Shown in pieces: positions 62,690 to 64,000 of a stretch of DNA of 64,000 nt. The stretch is from Mesotaenium endlicherianum (taxonomy: Eukaryota): assembly GCA_009602735.1 (NCBI GenBank), contig WELA01003638.1, positions 138,925 to 202,924 on the forward strand, given 5' to 3'. Under the pieces are notes generated by a model. It was not told the DNA's origin, ran no database searches, and worked only from the letters and a program-made list of their open reading frames with translations. Every line of letters begins with the position of its first letter. Positions within the stretch are counted from its first letter, which is position 1. A program made the position numbers and the translations under genes.

Positions 62690-64000
62690 ACAAGTGAAAT
62701 TACTGTTCCCTCTCCCATCCAGCATGCTGTGCTCTTGGCCCTCCGCCCTTAGGAGGGAGATGCCCCTGGGGCCCTATGGTCAAAGGAGTCAGTCCTCCTC
62801 CTGTGCTGGGGTCTTCTGAAGCCTGTCAGAGAGGGAGGTTCCGTGTAGGGACCCGGCGGGGAACGCAGTAACTGTGCTGTTTCCTCCTGCACGGTCTGTA
62901 ACTGAATGGAGGCAGCCTTCTCCTAGGCATCCTTCAAACTGACTGGTACATAAACTGGCATTCCAGAAGGATTTTACATGACATGAGCTAAGGGTCTATG
63001 CCCTCTCTGCGAGGGAGATGCCGACAGGCCTCTGGCTATTTCTCTAGCAGCCCTCCTGTCTGCCCTGTCTGACTGGGTCTCCGTGACCGAAGATGGGTTC
63101 TGTCCTCTGGCGGTTCCCAGCCAAGTGATATCCTCCTCAGGGCCAACCCCGTCTTCTCCCTTACAGGGGATGTGGCAGGTGTCAGGATCACGGCGGGGCT
63201 AGTGTCCTCCTCCTCGCCTTCCTCCTCGTCTTCCTCAGACTCCTCCTCCTCTCTGTCCCCGAGTTCCTCTGAGACTTCTGGGGTTTGTTCTGTCAGCTCC
63301 AGTTCTTCCCGAGAATAAGAATATCCCACACCTTCCCCTTTTGGGTGCTGGTGGGGGCTGCTAAGTCCGGACCGCATACAAGTCCTTTTCCCCCTGCTTG
63401 CTTGCCCATTTGGCATAAGCGTGCTTCCCTTTTGAGAATGACTCTCGGGCCCTGCTTCTGTCCCCTTGCATTTCATGGCTCATACAGTCTCTGACTCCAT
63501 CCAATCTTGGGTCCCAAGCCGCAATGTGAGGGGGCAATACTATGTTTCCCTTTAGGTCTGTCAGGAAATCCTCATCCGTCGCTGGTCCCTCATGTTGATG
63601 GTCATCCACCGCCAATCGGTGGGCTTTTGGAATAAGGCAGGGTCTGTCCTTTGAAGAGTACAAGGGTACCAGTGCCCTGCAAAGTCTAGCTGACTGGCCA
63701 AGAATTCCCTGCTCCTTCTCTCCACCTCATTATACATGGCCTTGAACCTGCTATGGGATGTAGAGTTCTTGAAGCTGTCCGCGTCCATGGGGATCATCCT
63801 GATGACCCTATCTTCCCCCCAGATACCAAGAATCGATACAGTCCCTGCTTTGTTCACCTGGGCCATTGCCTTGGCCTCTCTGACCGTATATCCTACCATC
63901 CTGGCGTAATCGTGGTAGAGGAGGAGCCCCGTGCTGACCTCTATATACTTGTCAACGTTTTCGGATTTCTCCCCTTCCCTATGGAGGATGTCCTTCTGTG
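62690..64000 (-). pseudogene. Diverged, frameshifted ORF3 homologue of the second family B element (partial; left boundary approximate)
   Basis: Shares YxDYAxMVGYT, YNEVERRS, HWxPC, QxPTDWRWMT, LPPHIAxWDPRLxG and FSKGKHAxxKWA with 54287-56017. Split over several frames with stops. Confidence 0.88.

Overview
Eukaryotic nuclear DNA with spliceosomal introns, from a green plant-lineage organism. The proteins resemble land-plant homologues, and the GC-rich exons and CA/TG-rich introns suggest a streptophyte alga (inference). The left ~45 kb is gene-rich: the 3' end of GET4, a decayed hAT-like transposase, a mitochondrial carrier, the TenA-HAD thiamine-phosphate phosphatase TH2, a UIM-containing USP37-like deubiquitinase, plastid SecY (SCY1), psbO and COG1. 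The right ~17 kb is a nest of Ty3/gypsy LTR retrotransposons from at least three families, here called A, B and C. The nesting order can be partly rebuilt from LTR ends, PPTs and an ATAAA target-site duplication. The most notable element is family B, a chromovirus with an extra sense ORF (ORF3, 576 aa) between pol and the 3' LTR. ORF3 has no transmembrane segment, so it is not env-like. It is preceded by a branch point and splice acceptor and bracketed by a duplicated PPT. Its protein motifs are conserved in a second, strongly diverged copy that has near-identical LTRs. The family B LTRs carry a variable-copy array of palindromic 26-bp repeats. A 3x135-bp fold-back element is also present. Exon boundaries were read by eye; the 5' ends of the USP and SCY1 genes are uncertain; the window contains N gaps.
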